Source: a bacterium (GTDB lineage Bacteria > Electryoneota > Electryoneia > Electryoneales > Electryoneaceae). Taken from it: 64,000 bases of DNA. Positions 10,196-20,725 of the stretch are shown piece by piece (the first letter of the stretch is position 1; every line of letters starts with the position of its first letter). The translations under genes were made by a program, and so were the position numbers. The notes under the pieces were generated by a model. It did no database searches. It was not told where the DNA came from and saw only the letters and a list, made by a program, of their open reading frames with translations. The stretch spans positions 4,992,001 to 5,056,000 of the forward strand of contig OY769902.1 in NCBI GenBank assembly GCA_963669175.1. The letters are read 5' to 3'.

Positions 10196-10395
10196 GACGG
10201 CGCTAATATAGCCTCCGATAACGGACGAGTCCAGACTTGGTACGTCGCTACGTTCGGAGGCATCCCCACGATTCAACCTGCACTCGGATATTCCTGCCCC
10301 CTGTTCGAGGCAAAGATTGCCAACCCCGGAAAAGCTTGATCCTTTTCTAACACTCTTCTTACAAGCAGCCTCTTGATTCTGTTACAGTTGCATTC

Positions 10396-10410
10396 AGGCA
10401 TATGGGTTGC
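10396..10410 (+). promoter_or_regulatory. candidate sigma54 (-24/-12) promoter
   Basis: AGGCATATGGGTTGC = GG-N10-GC, about 60 nt upstream of ORF 10471. Confidence 0.35.
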
Positions 10411-10470
10411 CCTACTGAGTTTCAGATCACGAAGGCGCAGCGGATGCCGTTGTGAGTGACATAACGGAGG

Positions 10471-10680
10471 ATGGTCAAGATGATCGCTACGCATCGTGAA
10501 AAAAGGCAGGCAGATTACCTGTCACAGCTCGACAAGCCGGAAGTTTTGGATACAATCGTCGAGCGTATGCTGAATGATCTTTTCAGTGGCAAAAAAAGGT
10601 TGGGATCACGTCAACGGACTACCGGAAAACTGATCCAGCCGGAACAGGCAACGATACACTCGCTGCTACGTACAAACTGA
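10471..10680 (+). CDS. small hypothetical protein
   Basis: CGGAGG RBS upstream (start at 10471 or 10480); amphipathic helix VLDTIVERMLNDLF. Confidence 0.55.
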   Translation: MVKMIATHREKRQADYLSQLDKPEVLDTIVERMLNDLFSGKKRLGSRQRTTGKLIQPEQATIHSLLRTN

Positions 10681-10705
10681 ACAGCGTAACCAGTACGGAG
10701 TACCA

Positions 10706-10975
10706 GTGAAGACTCTACGCAAATCGACCACGCACCCAGCGAAGAAGAGCGCTACCCCCATGATCCCGTCCGGGTTCGAAGGCAGGCTGGTGCCGATCTG
10801 CTCCCAATGCAACCGTATCCGTTTGAGTGGCATGGACCCACGTGTCCAGGAATCCTGGGTTAAACCCGGGTTTGATCCCTATGCCGACCCGACCATGCGT
10901 CTCTCGCATGGCCTGTGCCCAAGTTGTATGCACAAGCTGTACCCGAACCTGACTTCGGTTTCGCATTTGCATTAA
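10706..10975 (+). CDS. stand-alone CxxC...HGxCxxC zinc-binding signalling domain
   Basis: PICSQCNRIR...W...SHGLCPSCM matches the ICxxCxKIR...HGICPxC tail usually fused to PAS/receiver proteins; GGAG RBS. Confidence 0.75.
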   Translation: MKTLRKSTTHPAKKSATPMIPSGFEGRLVPICSQCNRIRLSGMDPRVQESWVKPGFDPYADPTMRLSHGLCPSCMHKLYPNLTSVSHLH

Positions 10976-11078
10976 GCGAATTGAACCGTATCTATACAGA
11001 GAAAAACCCTGTTTCCAGGAAAACAGGGTTCAAAATCATCTATTTTTACCGATGATGGTATCAACCAAACAATAAACT

Positions 11079-11891
11079 TTACTTCCACGCCCTTGCCATA
11101 AGCCCGCCGCCTTTCAGGTGATCCAGGGTCATGTCCGCCAGCATGAAACGATGCGCGAACGGGAAGACCAGCAGGTAATACGGCAGCAGCAACGGTGCAA
11201 AAAACAGCGACCGTTCCAACAGGCGGAACGGAATCCCCTGCATCATCCACCAGCTCACCATCCCCCAGCGGCCATAAGTGTACCGCAGTTCAACACGCTT
11301 GAACCCGGCTTCGTGCAACTTTTCGCGAAGCTCACGGTAGGCGTATCCCTCACGCACATGTTCGCCAACAAAGAACTCCTGCTCGTGGCGGTCCTCGAGA
11401 CGGCTGTCCTTTTCCGAAGCGGGAGTATGAATAAAGAGCTGACCACCCGGTTTCAGGGACTTCCGGATGTTGGTCATTACCTTCACATCATCTTCAATAT
11501 GTTCAAGGATATCAACCGCGATTGCCAGGTTGTAGGTATCCGTTTCATCCAGTTCTTCCAGCGGTTGGATGCGGAAACTGCAACGATCCCCAAACCCTTC
11601 GCCCTCGAAATACTTCCGGCTGTCGTCCACCTGTTCCTGTGTGATCTCAACCCCGACCAGGGAGACATCACTACGACCACGCAACACCTGGTCGGAATAA
11701 GGGCCGAAACCAAATCCGGCATCTAGCACCATTGATCCCGGGGGCAACTGCTCCAGGATGTGTTTCAGTTGGCGACGCACATGCCGCACCCGCAGAAAAC
11801 CCAGATGGAAAGCTTTAAACGCAAGACGCCTGCAAATACGGCTTTTACGCATCGGTATTGCTATGATGTTCTTAACTCGATCGTATTCCAT
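11079..11891 (-). CDS. class I SAM-dependent methyltransferase
   Basis: VLDAGFGFG, DILEHIEDD, LKPGG..FIHTP motifs. Start at MEYDRVK (ATG 11891). Confidence 0.88.
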   Translation of the reverse strand: MEYDRVKNIIAIPMRKSRICRRLAFKAFHLGFLRVRHVRRQLKHILEQLPPGSMVLDAGFGFGPYSDQVLRGRSDVSLVGVEITQEQVDDSRKYFEGEGFGDRCSFRIQPLEELDETDTYNLAIAVDILEHIEDDVKVMTNIRKSLKPGGQLFIHTPASEKDSRLEDRHEQEFFVGEHVREGYAYRELREKLHEAGFKRVELRYTYGRWGMVSWWMMQGIPFRLLERSLFFAPLLLPYYLLVFPFAHRFMLADMTLDHLKGGGLMARAWK

Positions 11892-12112
11892 GCCTGCCTC
11901 ATCTCCGTATCCAGTAGAGGTTGTTCGGTATTCCTTACCTGTAGTCTCTGGCACGACAAATTCGTATCTAAAGTTCCCAAGCGCAAGGCAAGAAAAAAAG
12001 TCATGGCCCGATTTGACTCCATCGTTCAACGGCTGTCAGTAAACCGTTGATAAGGGAGTAGATCCCCGCCTGCCAGACTGGGACACTTCATTCGAAAGCT
12101 ATGGTATGGCCA

Positions 12113-12325
12113 TTCTCGATTTTATTCCTTCATCGAGATAGTATTATCATACTGCCACGAAAAGGGGACGGAATCCCTTTCCCCACGCCATATTCAGGAC
12201 AGTCCCGCTGACCTCGCGGGAAAGGAAGCTGTACCCTTTTCACTGGGATAAAGCTGGATCACTAAACACAGAACAGAGTGTCAGGCATGATCACAGGCAA
12301 AAGGGTACAGTCACCTTTTCGATTG
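12113..12325. repeat. dispersed element with AAAAGGG...CCCTTTT short palindromes (copy 1)
   Basis: Begins ttctcgattttattcc, like the copies at 39765 and 57785; palindromes at ~12161, ~12220, ~12300. Confidence 0.7.
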
Positions 12326-12489
12326 CCCTTTTGCTGCGGATCTCATACTCTGACACAACGAGATGCTGCCACGAAAAGATAGCAACTACACTCCTGATGC
12401 CTCACATTGTGTACTGATTCGAAACAGTAATTACCCAACAAAAAACCCGCCACAGGGCGGGAGAAATGTCACAGGGATTAAAAATCAAA

Positions 12490-13443
12490 TCAGATCTCAA
12501 CCGTTAACCCTTCATAGGCGAGCAGGATTTCCAGATCAATATTCGGGAAACTCTTTTCCTTTTCTTCACGGGCCCGGTTCAGCATTTCTTCTACAAAATC
12601 ATCCGCATAATTGGGTTCATGGTGGAATAGCGCCAAGCGTTTCACATTGGCGAGCGCCGCAATATAGACCCCCATGATAGACGAAGAATGGCCCCAGTCT
12701 TCCTTGATGAGGCTTTCTTCGAGAGTGTACTGGGAATCGAAGACCAGCAGATCCGCATCCTGGAAAAACTCGATCGCACGTTCCTTGGAATGTGCAGCGC
12801 CTCGTTTGTACTCACTGTCTGTGGCAAAGACTACTGATTTGCCTTCGTGTTCGATACGATACCCGAAACATCGTCCCGGATGGTTCAATTCATGCACCAT
12901 GAACGACCCGCCGCCGGGAAGCTCGTACGTTTGTCCCTCAACAACATGATTAAAATCGAACTGTGCAGGATAAATCTCGAGGGGAACCGGGAAGTACTCA
13001 GGCGCCTGCTGGCCACGCAGTCGAGCTTCGATATCCTCGTGGCCGGAATAGACGGAAATTCTGTTTCTCTGGAAGACGGGCGGGAAGAACATCAAGCCCT
13101 GAATATGATCCCAGTGGGTGTGTGTCATCAGGAGTTGAAGATGACCTTCGCCTTTGCCGCATGGGCCCTTCATCAACTCTTTGCCAATACCCCGAATACC
13201 GGTTCCTGCATCGAGGATTACAGTGGTTCCGGGCCATTCCACGCTTAAACAGGTCGTGTTCCCGCCTACGGTACCCAACTGGAATCGAGAATACCGGCTG
13301 CGCAGGTATTTCTCAACTTCGCCCGGGTCCGTTATGCCGGCCTTGACGACATCCTTGGTAATATTGATTACCTTGGATTCGATCTGTTCAGGGCTGAGTG
13401 GTGTGGGAATGCTCCCTCGTACTCCCCAGAACCGAACCTGCAT
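12490..13443 (-). CDS. MBL-fold metallo-hydrolase (GVRGS-type, RNase Z/phosphodiesterase-like)
   Basis: WGVRGSIP, GGNTTC, DAGTG, THTHWDHIQG, HPG, WGHS, LFHHEP motifs. Confidence 0.9.
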   Translation of the reverse strand: MQVRFWGVRGSIPTPLSPEQIESKVINITKDVVKAGITDPGEVEKYLRSRYSRFQLGTVGGNTTCLSVEWPGTTVILDAGTGIRGIGKELMKGPCGKGEGHLQLLMTHTHWDHIQGLMFFPPVFQRNRISVYSGHEDIEARLRGQQAPEYFPVPLEIYPAQFDFNHVVEGQTYELPGGGSFMVHELNHPGRCFGYRIEHEGKSVVFATDSEYKRGAAHSKERAIEFFQDADLLVFDSQYTLEESLIKEDWGHSSSIMGVYIAALANVKRLALFHHEPNYADDFVEEMLNRAREEKEKSFPNIDLEILLAYEGLTVEI

Positions 13444-13570
13444 AAGCGATTCATCCCTCCGTCAATGCACATCGTCCACACTGTACCCTAAAAATACGAA
13501 AATGAAGTTAGGTGTACCATTAATTTTTCAACGTGCGCCAGGTCACTTGAAGAGACAAAACCCCCTCTCG

Positions 13571-16255
13571 TTACCTGATAATGACGAACTTACCCAGCTC
13601 AACATCACCTTTATTCTCGTCTGTCATGTCTTCTACACTGAAAATATACAGTCCGGATACAACCTGCTGCTGGTTTCTGCTGTTCAGATCCCACGCCTCT
13701 GCGTAATCAAGCTGTTCCGTAGAATTCTGGTCCCCGGCAATGTTGTGCGGAAGGATCTGCACCAGGTCGCCGGATACGGTGAAGATCCGGATCAGGCACT
13801 CCTCCGGCAGATTGTAGAAATACATGCGCCTGTCAAGGGACGGGAAATAATCGACTGTGCCATCATCCCTGTTTTCCCAGGCCAGTCCATTGCCATGGAC
13901 AACGGTATAATTCTGGTCCGCACGGTAAGGATTGGGAACAACTCCCGGTTTTTTATCAGGCGATCCGGAAGGGGCAATGTACACGCACGCAGCGCCCTTG
14001 GAACTCTCCAGCGATGGTGTCCCCGACTTGTGATCGCCGAAATCAAACACGGTTACAGCATACCACATCGGCATCATTGGGTGCGCATGAGGCAATTCGA
14101 ACTCGTACTGTTGCGTCGCTTCATTCCAGATATCATCGAACCCGACATTCGGGCCGACGGCTTTCAAATGCCCTACTGTACCTTCAATCAAACTGTCCAG
14201 CGGGTAATTGGTTTTATCCGGAAAAGGCTCGCACAACAGGCTGTCATTGTCGCTGTAGTAGGCGTAATCCTCGCGGTCATACGTAGCCAGGAAACTGTAT
14301 TCAGCCTCTAATCCTGTGGCCGAACTGTACAGCGAATATCCTTCAAAGTCCCACACCCTGCTGAATGGATCCCGGTAATCGGGATCTTCACTGGGCATCG
14401 GCTTCCAGGTAATGACAATCTTGTCATGATAAGCTTCGTATTGAATGTCCGGTATCGGCGGCGGCGGCGGTCCCTGGAAATCGGGTACGCCATCGCCGTG
14501 GTCCAGCATGCCATTCAACGTGGTATAGTCAAATCGAGTCGGTTTGTACGGGTTATCGTCTTCTTCTTCCTGCAAACGACTGTCGCCTTCTCCCTCGTCA
14601 GGACCTGGGTAAATGCCAATGAATACTCCTTCGATGACAACGGAATCACCCCTGTTTTCAGCATACAGGTAGTCAATACCGGTATCTTCACCGTACCAGC
14701 CATCACCATCGGTGTCAACCATCGGGTTGTCATACACTTTGGCGACCCAGTCCGCGTTGTAACGTAAATCGGCAAAGTTGTACAGGCTGGGATCAATGAT
14801 TGCGTTGGTCGGTTGCGGGTGATTCCTGTCATGGAAGTTCTCACCGGCAACGTAGCCAACTGTCATGCTGAACTTTTCACCCGGGTTCAAACGGTAAACG
14901 CGCTGCCCGGATTCATCGGTAAAGTCATAAATCCCAAGCGGTCCCCAGGACAACAGGTAGCGGGTATCATAGCCATTCTGTAGATCCTGCATAACCCCGG
15001 CTTCATCTTCGGAGAAGATTTTCCAGGCGTGCTCCTCTGTCGCCCCTGTAACAGGATTAACGAAGGTCTGCGGATTATCGGCAATCCAATCGGCATTATC
15101 GGAATAGGTCTGATCGTAGTCGAATTCACGGTTGCTCAGGACGAAATACTTTCGTGCATCACCAAGCGGGGTACCATACCGTGTTGTCCAGTCGCTTTGG
15201 GAGTTATCATCTTCCCAGGCAGGCCCGAAGTCCAGGTTATCATCCGTATTGGAGATCCACCAGTTAAAGCTGGTTTTCAGACGCGGGTTCGGGGCACGAA
15301 CCACTCGCACACCGGTAACATGAGGAGTTGCGAAATCACTACCTGATGTGATATCCACATACCGTCCATCATTATCGGCAATCCAGGCAGTATTGATTAC
15401 GGCCGAATCCGGAATACCGTCCGCGTTCTCGTAGTAGTAGTATTTCTGGAACCCGCAAACGTCGTCCGTATGCCCTTCCAGCAAACCGCCACGAGTCTGT
15501 TCGTAAATCTCACCAACATCCGCATCGATATACAGACCGACATACAGGTTTTTCAAGTAGTTGTCGGCAATATTCTCGATTTCCCAGTCGATAATGATGA
15601 AGTCGCGGGCATACGCATAACTCCAGGAATAACTGGTCTGCGTAACCTTTATACCCAGCGGATAATGACCGCCATCCAGGGGGTCGGTTTCCACATAATA
15701 GGCATCAGTCAACGTATCCGAATAGGAAACGATGAAATCCTGCTCGCTGACAGCGGAATCTGAACTGATAAAATCGCCGAGACGGTTATAAGCATTGGGG
15801 CGAGTCGTGCGTTCTACAACGGGATCAGGGGTTTCACCGGGGTAGAATTCATGTATACGCGGAAAAATCCAGCCTTCGGATCCGGTGGAAACTCGTGGAA
15901 ACTGGAAGCCCTCATCCTGGATCATGGCGCCCAGCCAAAGCGATCCCTGGTACAGGTATTGATCTTCACTACCGCCAGGGAATTCACATTGCGGCGCCCA
16001 GGTGCCCGGGTATTCCGGGTCTTCCATCTGTTCTTCATTGGTCACACTGGAGTTACCGAAATACCCCCAGTTGGTAATATTCATCCACATGGACCCCGCA
16101 CGATGCACACGGTTATCCGTGTCGATATCAATCACATTGATACGTCGCACCGATGGATCAACCGGCCCCCTGTAGTCGGGTGGTTTCGGTGCATGACGTC
16201 CCCAGGCAGACGCAACGAAAAACAGGCAAATCGTCAGCAGTACACTCCGCTTCAT
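13571..16255 (-). CDS. large secreted acidic protein with T9SS-like C-terminal domain
   Basis: Signal peptide; Asp-rich Ca-binding-like DTDGDG motifs; C-terminus VVPNPY...FYNLP..C.IRIFTVSGDLV...WDL...VSGLYIF...KFVIIR. Confidence 0.8.
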   Translation of the reverse strand: MKRSVLLTICLFFVASAWGRHAPKPPDYRGPVDPSVRRINVIDIDTDNRVHRAGSMWMNITNWGYFGNSSVTNEEQMEDPEYPGTWAPQCEFPGGSEDQYLYQGSLWLGAMIQDEGFQFPRVSTGSEGWIFPRIHEFYPGETPDPVVERTTRPNAYNRLGDFISSDSAVSEQDFIVSYSDTLTDAYYVETDPLDGGHYPLGIKVTQTSYSWSYAYARDFIIIDWEIENIADNYLKNLYVGLYIDADVGEIYEQTRGGLLEGHTDDVCGFQKYYYYENADGIPDSAVINTAWIADNDGRYVDITSGSDFATPHVTGVRVVRAPNPRLKTSFNWWISNTDDNLDFGPAWEDDNSQSDWTTRYGTPLGDARKYFVLSNREFDYDQTYSDNADWIADNPQTFVNPVTGATEEHAWKIFSEDEAGVMQDLQNGYDTRYLLSWGPLGIYDFTDESGQRVYRLNPGEKFSMTVGYVAGENFHDRNHPQPTNAIIDPSLYNFADLRYNADWVAKVYDNPMVDTDGDGWYGEDTGIDYLYAENRGDSVVIEGVFIGIYPGPDEGEGDSRLQEEEDDNPYKPTRFDYTTLNGMLDHGDGVPDFQGPPPPPIPDIQYEAYHDKIVITWKPMPSEDPDYRDPFSRVWDFEGYSLYSSATGLEAEYSFLATYDREDYAYYSDNDSLLCEPFPDKTNYPLDSLIEGTVGHLKAVGPNVGFDDIWNEATQQYEFELPHAHPMMPMWYAVTVFDFGDHKSGTPSLESSKGAACVYIAPSGSPDKKPGVVPNPYRADQNYTVVHGNGLAWENRDDGTVDYFPSLDRRMYFYNLPEECLIRIFTVSGDLVQILPHNIAGDQNSTEQLDYAEAWDLNSRNQQQVVSGLYIFSVEDMTDENKGDVELGKFVIIR

Positions 16256-16444
16256 GCTCCCTCGCTTTCACGGCTCATGACGGCACACGACTACAGGAAA
16301 ATCCACTTCTATAGTGTAAAGGTTCGGTCCCTCATGATCAAGACGGCAGACCCTCCAGAAAAAAATTCTGCCATGCAAGATGGACCGAAAAAAACAAGCG
16401 ATCAACCGAGGATAGTACATCCCCGGTTGATTGCAACTGTTTTA

Positions 16445-18856
16445 TCAGGCATTGTTGGTTTCGCGCTGCGCTTCCAGCTTCGGAACAACACCCTTGTTGA
16501 AGAACACAAGAGCGCCAGCCGTGAGGAAGCCAACTCCCCCGAACAGCACCCACATCAGCATCGGGGCATCCATCTCAAGCGCGATCTTCTGGTAGCCCCA
16601 ACCACTGAGGATACCACCGAACAGGTTACCCAGCGCCACCGACACAAAGTAGTACCCCATGAAGAGGGCTGTCTTCGCTTTCGGGGCGATACGGGCAACA
16701 TATTCCTGGCTCTTCGGTGAGGCGATCATTTCACCAAAGGCGAATACGATAATCGAAACGGCGACAAACGTACCACCCAGCACAATACCGTGGCTGATAC
16801 CGCCGATACCGATACCGATACCGGAAACGATTGTGCCGACTACCAATACCGGGAATGGTTTCCAACGGTCAATGATGCTGCTGACCAGGATCTGGAAGAC
16901 AACAATAGAACCGGCATCCAGGTTGATGATATATTCCGGGTTGACCTGGCGATAGTTGGCAGCCCATTCCACGGCGGTTGGCATGCAGATGACCATATCC
17001 TGCATGTAAGCCAGTACCTGCTGCGGTGCAAGCTGATACAGTGCAGAGAATTCCTTCAGCGCAACCAGGAAGCTGTTCATGTCGGTTGTCCCGGATGCAG
17101 CCAACGGCATCAGCAGTTCATCAACTGTCTTGACCGATGGGACATTCACACCGCTGAGATCCACACCCTGTGCAAGCTGCATCATTTCCGGCGTATACAG
17201 ATGCTGCAGCAGAACCTTCACCGCTGCTGCATCCGCTCCATGACCACGTCCGGCCCATTCCTGAGCTACCATATCAAGCGTTTGCGCATCGGGGACAGAA
17301 ACATGGCTGAGCGCCTGGAATGTGGCGATAATTTCTTCGTGCGGTACGCGAACCTTGTAGTTCACAATCTCAAGGAAAATATCACGGACATTGGCATCCG
17401 CACCAACCACGGTATGTTCCTTGATCATATTCCCCAATTCACCGGCAAGCTGCTCAAGGTTGACACTGGCAAGGAAACTGGCGACGCCTTTACCGAAGAT
17501 CGCAGCGCCCTTGACCATATCTGTAGTATCGACAAAGTCACGGATATATTCCGGCATCGTAATAAAGATCTGGTTGAAGCTGGCCCAGAACCCGGTCAGG
17601 ATAACGAGGTACAATACAAACGGCCAGTTGCCGATCTGCGGCTTCTGCTTGTGCCAGACTAGATCCTTGTACTGTGGTTCGCCGCCGGAACCGGAAGACT
17701 TGCGCAACATAACCACCAGGAAAATCGCCGCCCAGGCGCCGCCGATAATACCCAGCATCAGCCAGCCGTTCATGCCTTCCTTGACAACAACTTCTTCAGC
17801 GATCAAACCATCGGTAACATCACTAAGGCCCAGGGTCTGAAGCACTGAGGCGAAGGATTGCGTCTCGGTGACGGCAACCATCATCACAGAATCGCCTTCA
17901 ACCGCCTGTTCAACCATGATTGGCTCAGCAATTGGGGCGGTTTCGACAACCTCTGCAACGGTTTCCTCAACCAGTGCCGGAGCATCACCGCCGGCGAAAT
18001 TAGCGATACCGTAAACACCAAGAATGAACGGCAGCATCAGAATAATAGCAAACCGACCGTTCAACAGGTAGTTGATTACAAGCCAGACCACACTACCGAT
18101 CAACACGTACAGCCAAGACACCCAGCCACCGCCGGCCAGCATGAACATCACAATAACCGGCACAACTGCCAGGGCGAAGCGACCATTGCCAAGCACTTCC
18201 TGGGCGTCGGTAAGAACCTTCACCAGGGAACGCTTCTCGGTAGACTGGGATTCTGTGGTCGGTTCCTTGTACAGGAACAGAGTCGGGATGAAGTTGATGC
18301 CGATCCAAATGGCGCTCATCACGAAGACCAGGTCCCAACTGATGGCACGGACATAACCGGCCACAAACGGACCAATGAACCCGCCGACGTTTACGATGGT
18401 ATAGAATACACCGAATCCGATTCCACGGTTGGTGTCATCAGTCGTACGGCCAACCGTTCCGACAACGACAGGCTTGAACACTGCCGCACCCACTGCGACC
18501 AGCAGGAACACGAAGAAGAACGGCCAGAACCCATGCACCTGCCCCAGGAAGAAGTACGCCGGGGTCATGATGCTGAAGGCCACCAGGAACATGTTCCGGT
18601 ATCCGTAACGGTCCGCCAAAGCGCCGGTAATTACGGGGAACAGGTACAGAAGGAAGGGAATGATGCCTTGCAGAATACCACGTTCAATACTTGAGAACCC
18701 CAATCCGCCCTGTGCAATCGGACTCGTCATGTACAGGGATGAGACGGCGAAAAAGCCGTACCACGCCAACCGTTCGAAAATCTCCATGATGTTGGCGACA
18801 AAAAACGTCCGTGGGAAGGGGGACCGTTTCCGTTTCGTCTGTGCGTCTGAACTCAC
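16445..18856 (-). CDS. POT/PTR-like MFS peptide transporter with large insertions
   Basis: EIFERLAWYG (ExxER), GALADRYGYR, FKP, GFGVFY..VNVG, GEM..SP..QEY motifs; 803 aa. Confidence 0.85.
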   Translation of the reverse strand: MSSDAQTKRKRSPFPRTFFVANIMEIFERLAWYGFFAVSSLYMTSPIAQGGLGFSSIERGILQGIIPFLLYLFPVITGALADRYGYRNMFLVAFSIMTPAYFFLGQVHGFWPFFFVFLLVAVGAAVFKPVVVGTVGRTTDDTNRGIGFGVFYTIVNVGGFIGPFVAGYVRAISWDLVFVMSAIWIGINFIPTLFLYKEPTTESQSTEKRSLVKVLTDAQEVLGNGRFALAVVPVIVMFMLAGGGWVSWLYVLIGSVVWLVINYLLNGRFAIILMLPFILGVYGIANFAGGDAPALVEETVAEVVETAPIAEPIMVEQAVEGDSVMMVAVTETQSFASVLQTLGLSDVTDGLIAEEVVVKEGMNGWLMLGIIGGAWAAIFLVVMLRKSSGSGGEPQYKDLVWHKQKPQIGNWPFVLYLVILTGFWASFNQIFITMPEYIRDFVDTTDMVKGAAIFGKGVASFLASVNLEQLAGELGNMIKEHTVVGADANVRDIFLEIVNYKVRVPHEEIIATFQALSHVSVPDAQTLDMVAQEWAGRGHGADAAAVKVLLQHLYTPEMMQLAQGVDLSGVNVPSVKTVDELLMPLAASGTTDMNSFLVALKEFSALYQLAPQQVLAYMQDMVICMPTAVEWAANYRQVNPEYIINLDAGSIVVFQILVSSIIDRWKPFPVLVVGTIVSGIGIGIGGISHGIVLGGTFVAVSIIVFAFGEMIASPKSQEYVARIAPKAKTALFMGYYFVSVALGNLFGGILSGWGYQKIALEMDAPMLMWVLFGGVGFLTAGALVFFNKGVVPKLEAQRETNNA

Positions 18857-19012
18857 CGTAACGACCTCGTGTCAGTTATCTTTTAACTTGTTGCAAACCA
18901 TGTAGGGTAAGGGAAAGAAGATACGGAAGAGAGCCCAAATTCGCCACTCGGAAGGGAGTTTTCACGAAAATTATGCTAGTGAATTCCCTGATTTGGTGAA
19001 AGAGATTCTGTT

Positions 19013-20725
19013 CTAAGGCAACAACACAACCCGATGCGTGGAAGTGTTTTCTCCTTTCAGCCGGATAAAATAGGTGCCTGCTGCCAGCTTGATTCCCGCC
19101 GATGCGGCACTCCAGGTATAATCCAATCGTTGACCGGCTATTCCGGACAAGGATTCTTCGAATACCAGCCTGCCCAGAACATCATAGATACTAATCCGCG
19201 CCTGACCGGATTGATCAGGTGTTAGCTGAAACCGAAAACCACCGTTGCTGGGATTGGGATAAATCGTATCCTCAAACTCAACAGGCAATGATTCACTACG
19301 GTCCTCTTTGACATTCAGATAAGTTTGCGGCTGATACAAACGGTTTCCGCCCATCGTGCAACCCGGCATGGGCCAGTAAATCTCGAACTCATGCCCCGGC
19401 ATGGGAACATTATAAGCAACCAGGAATCCTCGAAAATTGTAACCAATTAGAATCATGTTTCCATTCTCAGGAGGAAATATTGCTGTTTGTCCATTAGGCA
19501 ATGCACTGTTTGCCAAAGAGTCTACCAGTGGAAATCCTTCAAGAGCTTGATTTAAAGTCTGACCGTATATGGTATTAAAATATGTTGCGCTATTGCTGAT
19601 TCCAAAAATGTAACAAGAATCTTGTACTGTTTCTCGTAACACCACAAATGGTTCGCCACTGCCTAAAGAACCTATGCTTTTCGGAAATCCTGTAAACAAC
19701 TCGCCACCTAAAGTGAGCGCATATACCAAGCTGTCAAATGGATGATACATCAATTCAGGAATACCGTTCCCATCAAGATCAGCGGGAATTACATCATAGC
19801 TGGCTTCACTATTCCCATTTATAAAAGGATTCTCAAACGGGAATCCTGGCCACCTTTCTCCATTTTGATTAAAGACGAATAAAGAATCCATATCGACAAG
19901 ACTTGCCAACCATTGTCCATCTTCAAGCGAAACCAAGGTTAATGGGGAACAATATAATTGTGGTGTAACCGCTGTGGGAAATCCGGGCAAGTATTCTCCT
20001 GATTCCAGTTCCTGTGCATGAAGATAATTACGTGTCATCCACACAATGATTGATATTCCTTCCCAGTGTTCGCCAATCCCTATACACGGTGTTGTGTTTA
20101 CTAATACTTCATCCTCACCAGCGTATCTTGGAAACCCCGGTAAAGCATTACCATTCAGATCAAGCCCTAATACTAGTGTATCTGCCAATAAAAACAATTC
20201 ACAACAATGATCTCCATTAACATCTACCAGCACTGGTGATCCGGAGTTTCTGCTATTTATTCCTTCCACGATTGGCGCAGTAAAACAATGTGACGAAAGA
20301 AGTTCTCCAGTTAGATAATAGGTTCGAATAACATTTTTATGAGTACGGACGATAACTTCCGGGATACCATCACCGGTAATATCGCCCAGGCGTGGTCCCT
20401 GCTCCACAACCCCCTCGTCATTGTAATTAAAGGTGACAGGCCAGCCAGGAAGTGTGTTGCCGTTTATATCCAATACAGTCAGCATGTAGTTAGTCGCGGT
20501 GGCAATGATCTTGCCCTGGTCCGGGATTTTGGTCACGGCAATATTGTTGAAAGTCCATGCGTTGCCTGCCGGTTCCAATGCGATAGGCCAGCCGGGTCGG
20601 TGAGTTGGTTGGGAATAAGCTATTGTTACACCTAGAACCAAACATGTTATTATAGTTTGTATTAACAATCTCTTATGTACAACACCATACCTTGACAGTT
20701 TTTCAACAATAACTAACCCGTTCAT
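19013..20725 (-). CDS. T9SS type A sorting domain protein with FG-GAP/G[WF]P repeats
   Basis: Repeated LPG[WF]P and D[ILV].GDG motifs; YPNPSNG...IYDVLGRLV...GTYFIRL C-terminal domain. Confidence 0.85.
   Translation of the reverse strand: MNGLVIVEKLSRYGVVHKRLLIQTIITCLVLGVTIAYSQPTHRPGWPIALEPAGNAWTFNNIAVTKIPDQGKIIATATNYMLTVLDINGNTLPGWPVTFNYNDEGVVEQGPRLGDITGDGIPEVIVRTHKNVIRTYYLTGELLSSHCFTAPIVEGINSRNSGSPVLVDVNGDHCCELFLLADTLVLGLDLNGNALPGFPRYAGEDEVLVNTTPCIGIGEHWEGISIIVWMTRNYLHAQELESGEYLPGFPTAVTPQLYCSPLTLVSLEDGQWLASLVDMDSLFVFNQNGERWPGFPFENPFINGNSEASYDVIPADLDGNGIPELMYHPFDSLVYALTLGGELFTGFPKSIGSLGSGEPFVVLRETVQDSCYIFGISNSATYFNTIYGQTLNQALEGFPLVDSLANSALPNGQTAIFPPENGNMILIGYNFRGFLVAYNVPMPGHEFEIYWPMPGCTMGGNRLYQPQTYLNVKEDRSESLPVEFEDTIYPNPSNGGFRFQLTPDQSGQARISIYDVLGRLVFEESLSGIAGQRLDYTWSAASAGIKLAAGTYFIRLKGENTSTHRVVLLP

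Noticed and set aside
13154-14311. 385-aa + strand ORF
   Set aside because: Antisense shadow of two well-supported minus-strand genes; no recognisable motifs.
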